Positions 1 to 13,696 of a DNA stretch of 64,000 nt are shown here, piece by piece; position 1 is the stretch's first letter, and each line of letters starts with the position of its first letter. The translations under genes and the position numbers were made by a program. Source of the stretch: Octopus sinensis (taxonomy: Eukaryota); contig NC_042999.1 of assembly GCF_006345805.1 (NCBI RefSeq), forward strand, positions 121,706,001 to 121,770,000, read 5' to 3'. Below the pieces are notes generated by a model. That model was not told the DNA's origin, did no database searches, and saw only the letters and a list, made by a program, of their open reading frames with translations.

Positions 1-326
1 AGAAAGTATCCATCAGAAGAATTAATGTTTAGACAATAAAAGCAAGACAATTATGGTAATTCTGCACATTACTTGATGTAAAAAAGTAAAACACTTATGA
101 TATTTAAATTCTTGGGTAACTTTTGCTTTTAAGATTTGAATTGAGAGACAAATATTGTTGATGTAATATTTTGCTTTAAATCCTGTGGAGGTTAACTTGG
201 CTTTTCATTTTTCTCATGTAATTGTAGTTCTAAACTCATGTACTACCTGATACTCTTCAGTTGAATAAATCTTTTTCCTCTGAATTTGTGTAATTTTCCC
301 TATGTTGGACATCAGTATACTCAAGA

Positions 327-399
327 TTTTCTTTTTTCTTTTTTAGGTAAGTTTTTCAACATTATGTTACAGACGGATTAAAACAAAGTTTATGTAAGT
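327..399 (+). other. Candidate recursive splice site (polypyrimidine-AG|GTAAGT) with 47-nt cryptic exon and second GTAAGT donor
   Basis: 18-nt pure pyrimidine tract 327-344, AG 345-346, GTAAGT 347-352, second GTAAGT at 394-399. Sequence pattern only; no transcript evidence. Confidence 0.4.
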
Positions 400-1025
400 T
401 GAGTTAAATATATTTTCATATTATTTCAAAATTTATTTTACATATATGTAGTACCCATGACTCTTCCTGAAAGCATTAAAATTTGATTAGTAATTTCATA
501 TTTATTGGTAAAAGTAAATTTGAATGTTGAGAAACTGAAGGCTTATAAAAAATTTTCTTGCTTTAGTGCTTGAATTAACATAGTGGATACTAGCTATAAA
601 ATCTGAAATATATTGTTTGCATACATCACACCTACGTACTGTTTTCTGGTTTCCATTAAGAAGTTTCTTTTAATACTGAGAAAGTGAAATGTAGTTCTAT
701 ACTTTGAATCATTATGTAGATGAAGGCAGACTATCATAAAATTTTTAAATGATATATTTGCAAAATCCAACTTATATTTAGACGTAATATTTCACTTAAA
801 TCCATTTAATTCCTGCATACATTGATTAAACATAAAAAGTGGAAAGTTGTTATGAATTGATGATTTGTTAATATTGTTATTATTAATCACATTTAAGTTT
901 ACTTTGTATTTTATCTTTCTGAAATAGATAACATATGTACACATCAAATACCGGGATTGCTATAATATATTGTTCCCTTCCCAAAACATGTCATTGTGCC
1001 TGCATTAAATCTCAATATTAGTATT

Positions 1026-1175
1026 GTGAGGAAGGTGGCAGATTAATAGAACTGATACAATGGCAGGCAAAATAGCTAGCATTTAGTTGCAGCTCTATAC
1101 TTTTATATTATGAGTTCATGTTCCACTGAGATCAAGTTCATCTTTTTAGTGGTTGATAAAATGAGTACCAGTTAA
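1026..1175 (+). mobile_element. Old tRNA-derived SINE remnant (same family as 29727-29900)
   Basis: Decayed match to the core ...ttcatc-ttt-ggttgataaaatgagtaccagtta that is intact at 29760-29810. Confidence 0.5.
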
Positions 1176-4100
1176 ATTCATCTAGTTTATTACACCTTTC
1201 CCCAAATTTAAAGTATTGTGTCTATATTAGAAATGATTTTTGTGGGAACAGTTATTGGGGAGGAATTGGTAAAGTATTGGACAAAATTCCACACACTATT
1301 TAATACATACCATTATATTATGTATATAAACTCATCTTGGGTCAACTTTGAATTTCATTCTTTCAGGACTAATAAAATAAGTATCAATCAAGTATTGTAG
1401 TTGGTTTAATCAACTGCATCAACTCTCAGTGCTAAGGTTTGAAATCAATTCTATTAATGTGAGGTGAATTGGCAGACTTGTTAAAACATCAGACAAGATA
1501 ACTTGCATTTTGTAATATCCCTTTAAATTCTGTGTTCTAATCTTACAAAGTCTACTTCTCCTTTCATTTTTTCAGGGTTAATACACCCAGTACCAATCAA
1601 GTACTGGGATCTTTTCCCAAAATTCTCTAGCTTTTGGCCTATGTAACAAATTATTTGTGGTGGCTGGAGGCAATGAGTAGCAGAATCAGTAGAACACTGC
1701 ACTGAGCAACATTTTCCCATTTCATTCTGTGATCAAATCCTGCAAAATTCAGTTTTAGCTTACATCGTAATCCCCTTGTTAAAAATAAGTATGACTAATG
1801 TATTAGGTCTATAAATAATCATAATTCATATTTCAAGTGTTGTGGTCATGTACCAAAGTAAGAAATTACTACTAAGAGAAAAATGCAATGTAGGTAAGAA
1901 GAATGCATATAAAAGTTATTGTGATGCAACCTTTCAGGAATGTGCAGGTACATATAAGCAAATCAAACACAGTCTGTTAAATATTACCATGAGGTGCCTT
2001 TAGTAAAGTTCACTCCATTACTAACCTTTGGAAAAATGCTTGATTCCCCATCCTGTTCATGTTTTTTCTGCAGATTTTGTCTGATTTTGGAACTCACCTT
2101 TATATATATTTAATGACATTTTTATTGAAGATGTTATAGAATGTAATCCAAGATTAGTTTGTCTTTTATCTGATATATATATTGTTATTAGTGGTACCAT
2201 TGCCACTGCTATCATCATTGTCATAGCTTTAATACCTGTTTCCCATACCATTAAATTACAAAGTTTTCTATGAAATTTAGGTCATATCAAAAAAGTTTTA
2301 TTCTTGAATTCCCTTACTTGTATTAGAAACAGCTACATTTGTTACACAAACAGTAATTTTTTCTGACAGCTGCAGAAGGTTTGCCATAGTATCATTAAAC
2401 ATTTTACAGGTTTTCTATAGACTATATACAATATTTTAACCATCACTACTTTCATGAATAAATTTACTAGATATATAAGATAACTGTAAATGTCTATTAT
2501 GTTTATATAATCTCAATGTGAGTCCAAATGGACAACACTGTTTCAGCTGTTCTGAGAGCTTTATCAGCAACAGGTTGTCTTACATTTTGCAGCCTCCTCA
2601 AAACTATGTTTATAGCTACTGTTGAAACGTTTATAATTAAATCACATAAAAACTCTTTTACAAATTCAGTAATGTTTAAAATCTTTGGGTATGCTCCATA
2701 GTAAACATTTGCATGGAAAGTAAACACTGTTAGCATATACATAATTTATGTAAATAGAATCAACAGCCAAATATACAAATATACAATGCATAAAATGTGC
2801 CAAATGTACGATTCTGTCGATCTAATTTTGTTATAAGTTTAACACCAGCAACTCTAAAAATTTTGCAGTAGCAGAAAAATGTGGAGGGGCAATTAATGAT
2901 AAAACTTAAAAAATAATTTATACAGCATCATCCAGTCAGTCCCTCTTTTGTTGTCCATGATGAGATTGTAGAATCAAGACAGACATTTATGCTGGTCGTA
3001 CATATCTAGTAAATTTATTTAATTTGTGTATGCAAAAGTCTTTGGGTATATACCAAAGTAACATTTAGTATGAAAAATAAATAATGCTGATGTGTCAGTA
3101 ATTTATATAACAAAAAATTATATACTTAGCCAATTAAGAATTTATAGAACACATATTCTTAATACAAGTGTATTTCATCCATATTTATTATGTAGAATTT
3201 TTGCTTCAACACTGATGGACAGTTTCATCAGATAACAAAAAAAAATAATAAAGAGATGAACAACCACACAAATAGTCAAATACCAGAGGTTATATAGATG
3301 TACAACAAATATAGTGGTATATACAAAATTGTTGAGGGAAAGATAAATAATTGACATCAGCACTTTTTCATTATAGTTTATTTATTATATTTTAACACTT
3401 TAATGTGGTTTGGAAGGAGCTGATCACAAATTTAATATTTATGCCATATTTATGTCATTTGGTTTATAATTTTGCATGAAGTAGGTGTTGAAATGCTTAA
3501 CCAGTTAATAAATTTCTGATGTAGAAATGAAATCATTGCACATACAATGCATATAATTTTTTTTCACTTGTTGAGGGAAGTAGTATGTACAGCAGCAACT
3601 GTAACAGTAGCTGTAATAGCAATAATAATGGAAGTAACAGTGTTTGTTTATCATATTTAAAGAAGTTTTCTTTCAAACGATTATCTGTTTCTTGATTCAC
3701 ATTAATTATGGAATTTTGACGATTGCATTGTAGTCTTGGATTTTAAATAGTAACACAAACAAATTTAAAATGGTTCTGAATTTCTTCTACAGACTCTTCT
3801 GTCAATATATATTTTATAAGCATTAAGGACAGCTGGAAGTTCAGTTTGAGCTTTGCAAGGTTCAAGGGTAGAATTTTAGAACAGGAAAGATAAATAAAAG
3901 TTCTTAAGGAGAATGTTGTGTATATAACCTCTGGGAGTTAGATACTCAATATTTCAGCACAGGGAAGAGGAAAGGCAAGCGAAAAAGAAATTTACAGGGA
4001 GTTGAATAATGTCCACTGGAGGGCATAGATAGCAGTAGCAGTAGGGGAGATTTCGTGACCTATTCTCACAAGTAGTTTATCTAAATCTAGATGTTTTAGT

Positions 4101-4509
4101 ATCTACCAGAATATGGAATCCTATCAGAGTTCTTTTCTACAAGCTAAACAGTTATGATTTCAAACTTTACAGCTGAGCTTATGGACAAAGAACACAACTT
4201 CATTCATTCTGCTTATCTGTTTATATGGTTCACTTGTCATTTATACTTTAATGATTAGTGGTAAGAATAGCTTGCCACTCTTAAAGCATTATGTGGTTAT
4301 TCTAACTTGCAAAAGCCATTTCAACCATGCTATCATGAAGAATTGGATGTAAAACAATAAAAATAAAATGTTGAACAATGACAAGATAACATTAATAGTT
4401 ACAGTAATTTCTAAAATCCAATATATCTTATCTAAAGCAAATTACAAATGCTGACTAAACTTGTTAACCTTAAGAGCATATTATTTGCAAAAATGAATTA
4501 CTATCTATT

Positions 4510-4682
4510 CATCCATTCATCCATCTGTCTGTCTGTCCATCCAATCATCCATCTGTTCTTCTCTGTCTGTCTGTTTGTCTGTCAATCTGTCTGTCAAGCT
4601 CTCTGTCTGTTTATCTGTCTGTTTGTCTGTCAATTTGTCTGTCTGTTTGTCTTTCTGTCTATCTGTTTGTCTGCCTATCTAT
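4510..4682. repeat. (CCAT)n/(CTGT)n microsatellite
   Basis: Direct tetranucleotide repeats; explains ORF 4448-4684. Confidence 0.9.
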
Positions 4683-5764
4683 GATGCATCTTTTTAAATA
4701 ATGAAGATAGAGAAAATTCATATAAAATTGCAGCATCATTAGAGAAAATTATGTTACCACTTCATAATTATTGTGTTCCCATTAAAGAAGCTGTTGCAAG
4801 ATGATACATTAGTTTTAGTTCAGTTGTACAATGCAATTTGGTTTCCAAATTTGAAGTAGTCATCTTAAAAGCTATATTGATACACATGACGTGAAATAGA
4901 AGTTTAGCTTTATTATTAATAAAAAAAGATTTAATACTTATGAGATATGAAATATTCTTTCATCCCTGTAAACAAGGATTTGTGGAAAGCTATGAATTGT
5001 TAATTGAGTAAACAACTACAAATTAATTACTAATTAATATTTTATTGATTAGTTGAAATAAGATTGAAATTCCCAAGCAATGGAAGAGTGCTACCTCAAT
5101 TTAATGTTCTGCATTTTGTCTTTTGTTTTTACATATTTCTTATATTGCCTTCATCAACATGAAATACTAGTATATAATATACTTTTCTGAATTATTTAAT
5201 TTTGTGAGTTCTGCATTAGACTAAATACTTTCTAGTATGGAATTACACTCTTTTATTTTCTTAGTTCAAATTCTGCAAAAACAAAGTGTCCTATAATTGA
5301 TATAGACTATTATTTACGACCACATTTTAATAAAGATATTTTGGTTCTCCTAACTTTGTCTATCTTGCATTTTACTATCATATTAGTTGCTGAACAGAGA
5401 GCTGTTCATTGGGAATAGTCAGTTCTAACATGTCTCTTGAGATTCTGAGAAGTTAATGTGTTGCCATTAATTTAGCTAGAACATTGCAATATGTTTAATA
5501 TACTGAAAGGAATGGTTTCTTGATATGCAGTCTATAAATTGTAGGCAGATAAATGTAGAGAAACACATTCTAACATTACTGAAATGGTAGAGTGCCAAGT
5601 CCAATTGTAATAATTTTGCTGTATTTGAATTGAAATCCTGGTGGTAGTGTTAGGTCAACTTTGAATTTAGCATCTTATTATATATAAGTACCTGAAATAT
5701 ACTGAAAATAATTTAATAGACAGTGCCCCCATCTGAAATTATAGCTTTGCACTGTAGTTTGATA

Positions 5765-5817
5765 TCATCATCATCATCATCATCATCATCATTATTATTA
5801 TTATTATTATTATTATG

Positions 5818-5849
<32 letters not shown>
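5765..5849. repeat. (ATC)n-(ATT)n compound microsatellite
   Basis: Direct trinucleotide repeats. Confidence 0.95.
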
Positions 5850-6222
5850 GAAATGTGAAGAAATAATCACCAATATTTATGTTAATTGATGCTTTGCAGC
5901 ACTTGTGGTTGATTCTTATGATTTAATTGTATTTTAAGAAATTATTGTTGTTAGTATTAGTGTAGGACAGTAGATGACAGAACAAATTTACAGAACCAAA
6001 ATGACTGGCTATATCTAATTTCACTTCTTCATGTTCTGAGTTCAAATACTTTCAGAGCTGATTTTCAATTTAATATTTCTGAGGTCTATCAAAAAATACT
6101 ATATCAAATACAACTCTTCCATTTGACCTTGTGCTAAATGTGACCTGTCTAAAATGTGTGTGTGTGTGTGTGTGTGTGTGTATTTATGCATGTATGTATA
6201 ATTATATGTGTGTAGGTGTGTG

Positions 6223-6475
6223 CAGTGGCAGACTGGCCAGGTTGCCAGCTTGCCTGATGTCAAGTGGGCCCCTGCACCATTAGAATCCACAGTTGGAGAA
6301 TTTTTTATTCACTCCTGGAAGAATGCATTAGTTATTTCAGCCTGGCTCTGTTTGTAGACAGTTGAAAAGAATACTTTTAACAAAAAAAAAAGAAAATTAA
6401 ATGATAGCATTGTAGTTGCGGGTGGGCCCCCTTAGTCTCCTGGCAACCAATATTTTTAGACCCAGTCCACCACTG
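6223..6475. mobile_element. hAT-like MITE (~250 bp)
   Basis: TIRs cagtggcagactgg (6223-6236) and ccagtccaccactg (6462-6475), 12/14 match; internal gggcccc motifs near both ends; flanks ggtgtgtg/tgtgcgtg are compatible with a decayed 8-bp TSD. Confidence 0.55.
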
Positions 6476-6544
6476 TGTGCGTGTGTGTACATAGCAATAT
6501 ATCTATGTATACTTATTGATGATTGTTTTTAATGTGGATAACTC

Positions 6545-7260
6545 AGTAAATACTTTAGAAAAATACAGCATTCTTCTGAATAATTTACATCAAAAGACTA
6601 AATTTTCAAGAGTAACAAGTACTATAAAATTGTCATCAGCTATATATAAAACATGGCATTCCATATTGTCTGGCCAAGAAAGTTTGTACCATTGTTGGTT
6701 ATTGAACAGAGCAGAATGACGCTAAGAATGCAAAAGACTTCTATTTAAACAAAACTGTTCACCACTGCTTAAACAAAATAGTGCAGAATGTGCAAAATAA
6801 ATATAGAATATCTTTGGACAATATGAGAAAGAAACACAGTACCAAAATATAGTACTTTTTGTACTGTCACATAATCCATGTAATCATATTACTTTTAATG
6901 TTGCTAAATCAGGTTTTGTGATTATCAAAGTAATTAGTTAAAAGATTTAAATACAAGTAAACTTCTTTTTCAAAGGAAACAACAATCTAAGAACTTGAAA
7001 CAATTCTTTGTGAAAGCAAATGTTGAACTGAGTATTGGTGACAAAACCTTTACTGTATCTAAGTGTGATGATAATCGTTGTGAGATGTCATATACTGACC
7101 ATTATAACAACACAAAGCCAAGAAGAAAATATTTTAAAATGCAGATATCAACTGTAAAAGCATAGATCTATTTTACTGTACTAGATGCCAGAATTGTGCA
7201 GAAATGTATATTACCAAGAGTGAAAATTAATGATCAGAATGCATTCTATTACACCAGTAA
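6545..7260 (+). mobile_element. Heavily decayed Penelope-like element (RT thumb/linker to GIY-YIG)
   Basis: Frame-hopping translation gives LNNLHQKTKF, CHQLYIKHGIPYCLAKKVCTIV, KQNCSPLL, SHNPCN, VSKCDDNRC and NADINCKSIDLFYCTRCQNCAEMYI. These match, in order, the PLE motifs HP..IP..LA.RI.TI, HNP, KC..RC..C and NC.S.N.IYC..C..C...YIG. Confidence 0.7.
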
Positions 7261-7824
7261 TAATTTTTGAATAAAAATTCTTTAAAATACCAAATTTGTG
7301 AAATTTATCACTCAAAGTAAGATTAAAAGAAGAGTAAAAGAAAAGAATAGCCAATGATATTTATTTGAATTTCATTTGATTTGAAAATAATATTCACACC
7401 AAAATTGTAAAACTGAATTATTTAATGTACATCACCTTTTAACTATACAGAGACATAACATAATTGTAGTTGCATTACCATGTAAACATATACCTAAAGG
7501 TAGTTGAGTGACAATCTGGCTATGTTGGAAGTTGATGGACTAATTCATTGTGAATCCAATAGAAAAACTTGAAGAACGCACCTTTCATTTGAAGATTGCC
7601 CCAAATGTTGTTTAACTTAGATTTTATAATTTTATTTACACAATGGTCCAAGTCAATCATTTTCTCTGTGTGAAAGACATACAGTTACTAAAAATTATAC
7701 AACATCCTTCCACAAACATATGTATATGTATGTATGTATGTATGTGTGTATGTGTGTATGTATGTACGTATGCATGTATCTGCACACATGTATGTATAAA
7801 TATATTCAGTTATATGTGAATAGA

Positions 7825-8079
7825 TATTTGGCTGGTGCATAATTATTGCAGTTTTTTTTCAACAAATTTTATTCAACAAAAGCAAAAACAATGTTTAACA
7901 AAAACATCTTTAAATGATGGTCTGGCTGTCTCTCAAGCAAATGGGAAGCAGTAAATGAAGTAGATGGTAAATATGCTCCGGAATAATCACTTAAAGATGT
8001 TTTTGTTACATGTTGCTATTGTTTTTGTTGAATAAAATTTGTTGAGAAAACACTGCAGTAATTATGCACCAAACCAATA
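7825..8079. mobile_element. Tc1/mariner-type MITE with ~90-bp imperfect TIRs
   Basis: ttggctggtgcataattattgcag...aacaaaaacatctttaa mirrored by ttaaagatgtttttgtt...ctgcagtaattatgcaccaaaccaa; TA on both sides. Confidence 0.8.
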
Positions 8080-10494
8080 CACACACACACACACACACAC
8101 ATATACATACATAGATATATTTCTATGTTTACAAATGCATGCATATGTATGAGTATGTGTGTATGTGCTTGGTTATTGTGTCAAGGGGTTGCATTTCTAA
8201 TATTTTATCCTATGCTAAGTGTATGCATGTTATATTTTGCAGTTAATTAGACAGAGATTTGTCTTGATCAAGTAGAAGTATGATCATAACCCTCCCAGCT
8301 TTGGCAGTTGCATCTTTTTTGCAATTAATTATATTGTCCATTGTATATATTTAGACAAGTACTATTTGATTTGAGACAAATTTCATTATTATTTCTAGCA
8401 ATATTGAGATGTATAGACTATATTGAGATGTATGGTTATGCTCTCTGTTGAAATATCTTGTTCTAATATTTTCTTCGGTTCCTCCTCACATTGATGAAAT
8501 TTGATACTTGGTGGTTTTCAATATTCGTTTTATTCAGACTCTTATTTTTGTGCCATAAGAATTTTATAGCTGAAGAATCTTTTTTAATTTCATACTTGTG
8601 TTTCTTAGCTTCTGAATTCTATTGTATAATTTCAAGTATTGGCATTATGTTGCATTGGCATTGTTCCTATTTACTGAAATTTTACACAAATGATGATTGT
8701 TATCATTGAATATATTTGCTGTAATGTATTGATAAAGATGGTGCAATTTAAAACATCTCTATAATTGCAATATATATTTCTATATAATTTTATCTTTTTT
8801 ATCAAAGTAATATTTATTTCAGTATTAAAGAAACTCTAGATAAAGTCATGAATTTCAAAGAGGATGTATCTATGTATTATATTTCATTTTTTGCCCTAAT
8901 GCTAAACACATCAGCAATAATTCAACTGTTTTAAGGATGTACAACATTGCTGTAGACAGTAACTGTCTAAACTACAAGACTGGGGTAATGTAAACATCAT
9001 TACAGATAACAAGTAAGCTATGATATGAGTCTGAATTGTATTTAACTATTTTTGGCTTACAAAAATTATATAATACATGATTTCAAAGAATAGTTCCTTA
9101 TGTAAAAAGAATTATATATATTATCTACTTCTTAAGAATTTTATTCTTAAATTGTTAGGAGTATTTATACCTTACAATGCAATCATTATCACTGTTACCT
9201 AACTGTATATCATTTGGCTTTAGGTCAAGGTCAATCATAGTTTGTAATCAGATTCTTAAATATGGATTGACAAACAGAACTGTTATTCTGGAATTATAAA
9301 TTCAATAAGTACTTGACAAAAATTCTAAATAACACTATAAACAGTTTTATTTAATACTGTATAAGAGTATATATTATTGTTTTAACCTAATTTTCTGGGT
9401 TGCTTGCCATTAGTTAAAAGTTATCTATCTCTAAATATTAGAATCCTGTATTTGTAACTGTTTTTGATACCATTTTCTTCCCTTTGATTTACTCTTTGTG
9501 GCAATTAAGGCTAATGGCAAATTATATTCAATAATCATTTTAAGTTTATTTTTTCCTGCAAGCATTTTAATATGAATATATTAATTTTCGATAATTTTCT
9601 ACTTCAAAATTTGCAATTTAATTTATAATGACTTTTGCAAACATAAAACATTTTTCAAAAATAAAGATAATTTTAAATGCTATACAAAACTCAAAATTTT
9701 CATGAATAGTATAACATACAAAAGTTTTATGACTTGTCTATTACTCACCAGATGAAACCAAATTTCTTCTTCCAGCACTGTCAATGGTTTTAAATTTAGC
9801 TATGTAAAGTTTTCTTGGCATTATTGTGAACAAGAATATGAATACATTGAGTAATATATATATATAGCCATACATAAATTACACAGAACATTCTAAATAG
9901 CTATGATGATATAAATTGTGTGTTAGGCAGAGAACGTATTCAAATTATTTCAATAAGCAAAGAATATATATATAGATTAAGTAAAGCTATCAATTTATAT
10001 CATACTGCAGATAAATATTTCACTTTGACGTGTTAATTTGGAAATGCACTTTCCGCTTAAAAGGTTCTAAATTTATTTTTGAACTTATCTATCTATCACT
10101 TATATTTCAGATGGGCACATTCCTAATCTGTTAAATTATATGACAGGTGTTGGACATAATGTGTATCTTCATACATAGTGCATGCACACACACACACACA
10201 CACAGAGAGGCACACACACATATATGTGTGTGTGTATATGATTTATTAATTTTATATCAGGATTTCTTAACAGGAGGGTCATTTGTCATTTGTTACATAT
10301 TTGCAATAGAACAACACCGGTGTATTGCATTTCTGACAGCTTGTGTCACAAGGGAATATAATTAATTCAGTAACTCAGTGAAGTCTTGATGTCTTGATAT
10401 ATATATATATATATATATATACACCATCATCATCATCATCATTTAACGTCCGCTTTACATGCTAGCATGGGTATATATATATATTTATATATAT

Positions 10495-10572
10495 ATGGTA
10501 AGAAGTTCAGTTTCTAACCACAGGGTGCCAGGTTCAGTCTCTCTGCATGGCACTTTCAGAAAGTGTTTTCTA
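10495..10572 (+). mobile_element. tRNA-SINE 5' part, interrupted by the mariner (continues at 11794-11860)
   Basis: ggtaagaag...ggttcagtc...aagtgttttcTA and TAgtatagtctcaagacaaccaaagctttgtgagtggattt rejoin into the SINE sequence seen at 21400-21802 and 47263-47652. Confidence 0.75.
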
Positions 10573-11793
10573 TCAGGTTAAGTGAAACGTAAGCAATGTT
10601 TTGAACCCTGAAGAATATGTGTTCCAGATTCTTGTAGTGTTTTGAATTTTTGAAAACATTTTTTGCAATTGTCTGATAACACAGACATAGGCTTGCTCAA
10701 ATGCATCAATAAATTAACTTTGTTGTTTTTTTTCACCTTTGTTACAATCATTTGAAGTGGAACTGTCAAGCGCGATATTTGAGAAATTTTGCTATTCAAC
10801 TTCAAAAAAGGATGTAAAGCAACTGAAACTGCTCATAATATCAACAAAACATTTGGTGAGGAAATGACTAGTGAGTGGTCAGCTCAAAAGTGGTTTAAGC
10901 ATATTGGACGCCCATCTCTCATCGATGACAGTCAATTAAAAACAGTCATTGAGAAAGCTCTATGTAAAACCACTTGAGAATGGGCAAATGAACTTCAAAT
11001 TAGCCACAAAACTGCCTGCAATCATTAGCATGTGACCGGAAGATAAAAAAAGCTTGACAAATAGGTACCACACGATTTGAATGAAGATCAGAAAATGCAC
11101 AGATATGAAATTTGCACCTCACTTCTTCACCATAACCAGACTGATCCATTTCTTGACCGTATTGTAACTTGCAATGAAAATTAGATCCTGTACAGTAACA
11201 AAAACGTTCTTCACAGAGGTTGGACTAAAATGAAGCCTCGAAAACTTTCCCTGAATCTAAGCTCTTCAAAAAGAAAGTTATGGTAACTGTTTGGTTATGT
11301 ACTGCTGGACTCAGCCACTATAACTTCTTAAAACCCATACAAACCATTATTGCAGAAAAATATTGCCATGAAATTACTAAAATGAAAGAAAAACTGCTAC
11401 TCCTCTGTCCCAGACTGGTCAACAGAAAAGGGCCAGTCATTCTTCACTAATGATGCTCCAGAAGTTGAGGGATCTTGGGTACGAAGTTCTTCCCCACTTT
11501 GCTTATTCCCCAGACCTTTCTCCTACCGACTACTACTTTTTCAGGTACCTTGATGGTTTCCTGTGAGAGAAGGAGTTAAAAAATCAAACCGATGCTGAAA
11601 GTGCATTTAAAGAGTTCATCAGCTCCAGACCTCCAGATTTTTATGTTACCAGAATAAACAAACTCGTAACTCATTGATAAAAATATGTTGATTGTAATGG
11701 TACTTACTTTGATGAATAGAATTTCCACATTGTTGAAATATATTGTGATGAATTTCATGTCTCACGATGTTGCTTACTTTTTACTCATCCTGA
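10573..11793 (+). mobile_element. Mariner DNA transposon, near full length, inactive
   Basis: 24-bp TIRs tcaggttaagtgaaacgtaagcaa / revcomp tcaggatgagtaaaaagtaagcaa (20/24), TA TSD at 10571-72 and 11794-95, 1221 bp. Confidence 0.9.
10757..11719 (+). pseudogene. Mariner transposase pseudogene (multiple stops and frameshifts)
   Basis: LLFNFKKGCKATETAHNINKTFGE (HTH), GRPSLIDD, *VPHDLNEDQK (WVPHEL-like), FLDRIVTCNE, KKVMVTVW, LVNRKGPVILH, AYSPDLSPTDYYFF (YSPDL motif). Confidence 0.9.
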
Positions 11794-12029
11794 TAGTATA
11801 GTCTCAAGACAACCAAAGCTTTGTGAGTGGATTTAGTAAAGGGTAGCTTATAGAAGAACAATGAGCATATATGTATGCACGTGTGTCTGTACATGTGTGT
11901 GTGCATGTGTGTCTATATATGTATACACGTGTATATACTTTGTGTAGGCACAATGGTCCAGTGGTTAGGGCAGCAGACTCACGATCAGAGGATCACAGTT
12001 TTGATTCCTAGACCGGGCATTGTGTGTGT

Positions 12030-13345
12030 ATATCAAAAAAGGCGATGTCAACAAAGATAATATAACCAAAGTGCATTACAGAGTATTATACCAATCTAAA
12101 ACAGATATGGTAGTCGGAGCTTTTCTCTTGCAAGACTTCACAGTGCATTAACAGTAACAGTTCTGATACCTAAACTTATGATACTTGACAGTTTGTAGAA
12201 TAAATCTATTATGAAGACATTAAAAACTATAAGGTTCTGATAACTGTAAATTTCTACAGAAGCAGTGATAGTGAGAGACTGTTTTACAAAAGAAAACTGG
12301 GCAGAAATGGCTTAAGATTAGTACTGATAGTTTTAAGTGTGAAATGGCATAACTCAGAGGACATCTGCTAAATACCAGCAACAATGCATTAACCAAGTGC
12401 TCACAGACGAAGTGAGCAATCTCCTACAGGCTGGCAGTGAATTCATCTAGAAGCACCCACTCCTTGATGACCTCACTTGTGAACACAGAAGTACAGGACT
12501 AGTATACCTGACCAAAGATTTGAACAAGACACATTTTACATATCATATGAAAAGAGATACGTGGATATGTTTTCCATAAACTTGTATGAATGATAATATT
12601 TACATGAAGTGTAGCTTCTATTGGGCTGAGAGACCAATCACATCACATCTCAGAGGTTATAATTTTGCAATTCAAGAGCAGAAGATAGCTGTGAAATAGC
12701 TAGTGAACAATGAGAAAATGAAGCCCTTAAATTCACAAGATGAAATCGTAAATATCAATTATGCCACTCTACAGTGGAGTATATAACACGTATCAGCAGT
12801 AGCTATTCAAAAATGTCATTGAGGCAAAACTTCCTATCGCAGTTTGACATTACTGCTAATGTAAAATACCATGCCATCTGTAGAAACAGCTGCTTTGGGT
12901 TATATATAAACAACATCTCAGTTATTGAATATTTACATTCAGACATATCAACACAAGGAATATTGGTTAAATATTCTCATCAAAACTTCAATCAAGTGAA
13001 CATGCAGTATGACCAGTAGACTTCTTGTGGGCAGAAAAGAAAACTCATGCATAGTTGTAGAGGATACCTGTTCAGCAATGCAAATGTCTCTTCCCAAATT
13101 ATTGAGAAGAAGATTTTTAACAGCTGCTTCAAAACCTGCAGGTCTTCTAACCTAAGTACAAATTTAACTGTATCCCAATAATTATTGGTGCACTTGGTTT
13201 GCTAGTAAATGCTTAACTGACAATCAAGGAAAGCTAGGATTTTCAGGCATAAAAAAGGACTGGCAACTATACAATTTGCAAATACAGTTAATAAGTGGAA
13301 CTGTGAAAATAAACAAGACTTTTAATGTTCAACATATAATACCTA
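12030..13345 (+). mobile_element. Decayed R4/Dong-like non-LTR retrotransposon (restriction-like endonuclease type), 3' half
   Basis: Fragments EYYTNLKQIW*SEL, RLFYKRKLGRNGL (cf. RLYLPRKEGGRGL), GYNFAIQEQKIA, EYITRISSSYSKMS (decayed CCHC region) and YKFNCIPIIIGALG (RLE tail), in colinear order. Confidence 0.7.
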
Positions 13346-13656
13346 TCATTGATGTTTACTAATTTTCAGGGATGGAGCTTTGTTACCATGGTAGGAAAGA
13401 ATTCCATTCTTTTAGGGAGTATTATAATAAATAAAAAAAGGAAAAGGAAACAGAGAGAGAGAGAAACACACACACATGCACAGGACAAACTTCCATCCAT
13501 TTTCCATCCAATAAATTCTCACAAGGTATTGGTAAATTAAAAGCTACAAGAGGAGATATATTAGTCCATGGTCTACCATTGAATTGAACTTGATACAGTG
13601 TGGATGCAAAGCAAACATCTTAATTACACAGCCATATTTGCACTCATATATAAGTG

Positions 13657-13696
<40 letters not shown>

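Noticed and set aside
1523-2742. Minus-strand ORFs 1523-1720, 2057-2251 and 2503-2742, with possible donors (e.g. AAG|GTGAGT near 2097)
   Set aside because: No recognisable homology, weak or ambiguous acceptors, and no consistent multi-exon frame could be built.
6516-6719. ORF with a superficial F-BAR-like helix pattern (KTWHSILSGQESL)
   Set aside because: Adjacent frames give colinear Penelope RT and GIY-YIG motifs; no splice sites.
9749-9799. 51-nt minus-strand pseudo-exon (LNLKPLTVLEEEIWFHL or AKFKTIDSAGRRNLVSS) with GTGAGT donor
   Set aside because: Poor pyrimidine tract and no recognisable product; cannot be supported without RNA data.
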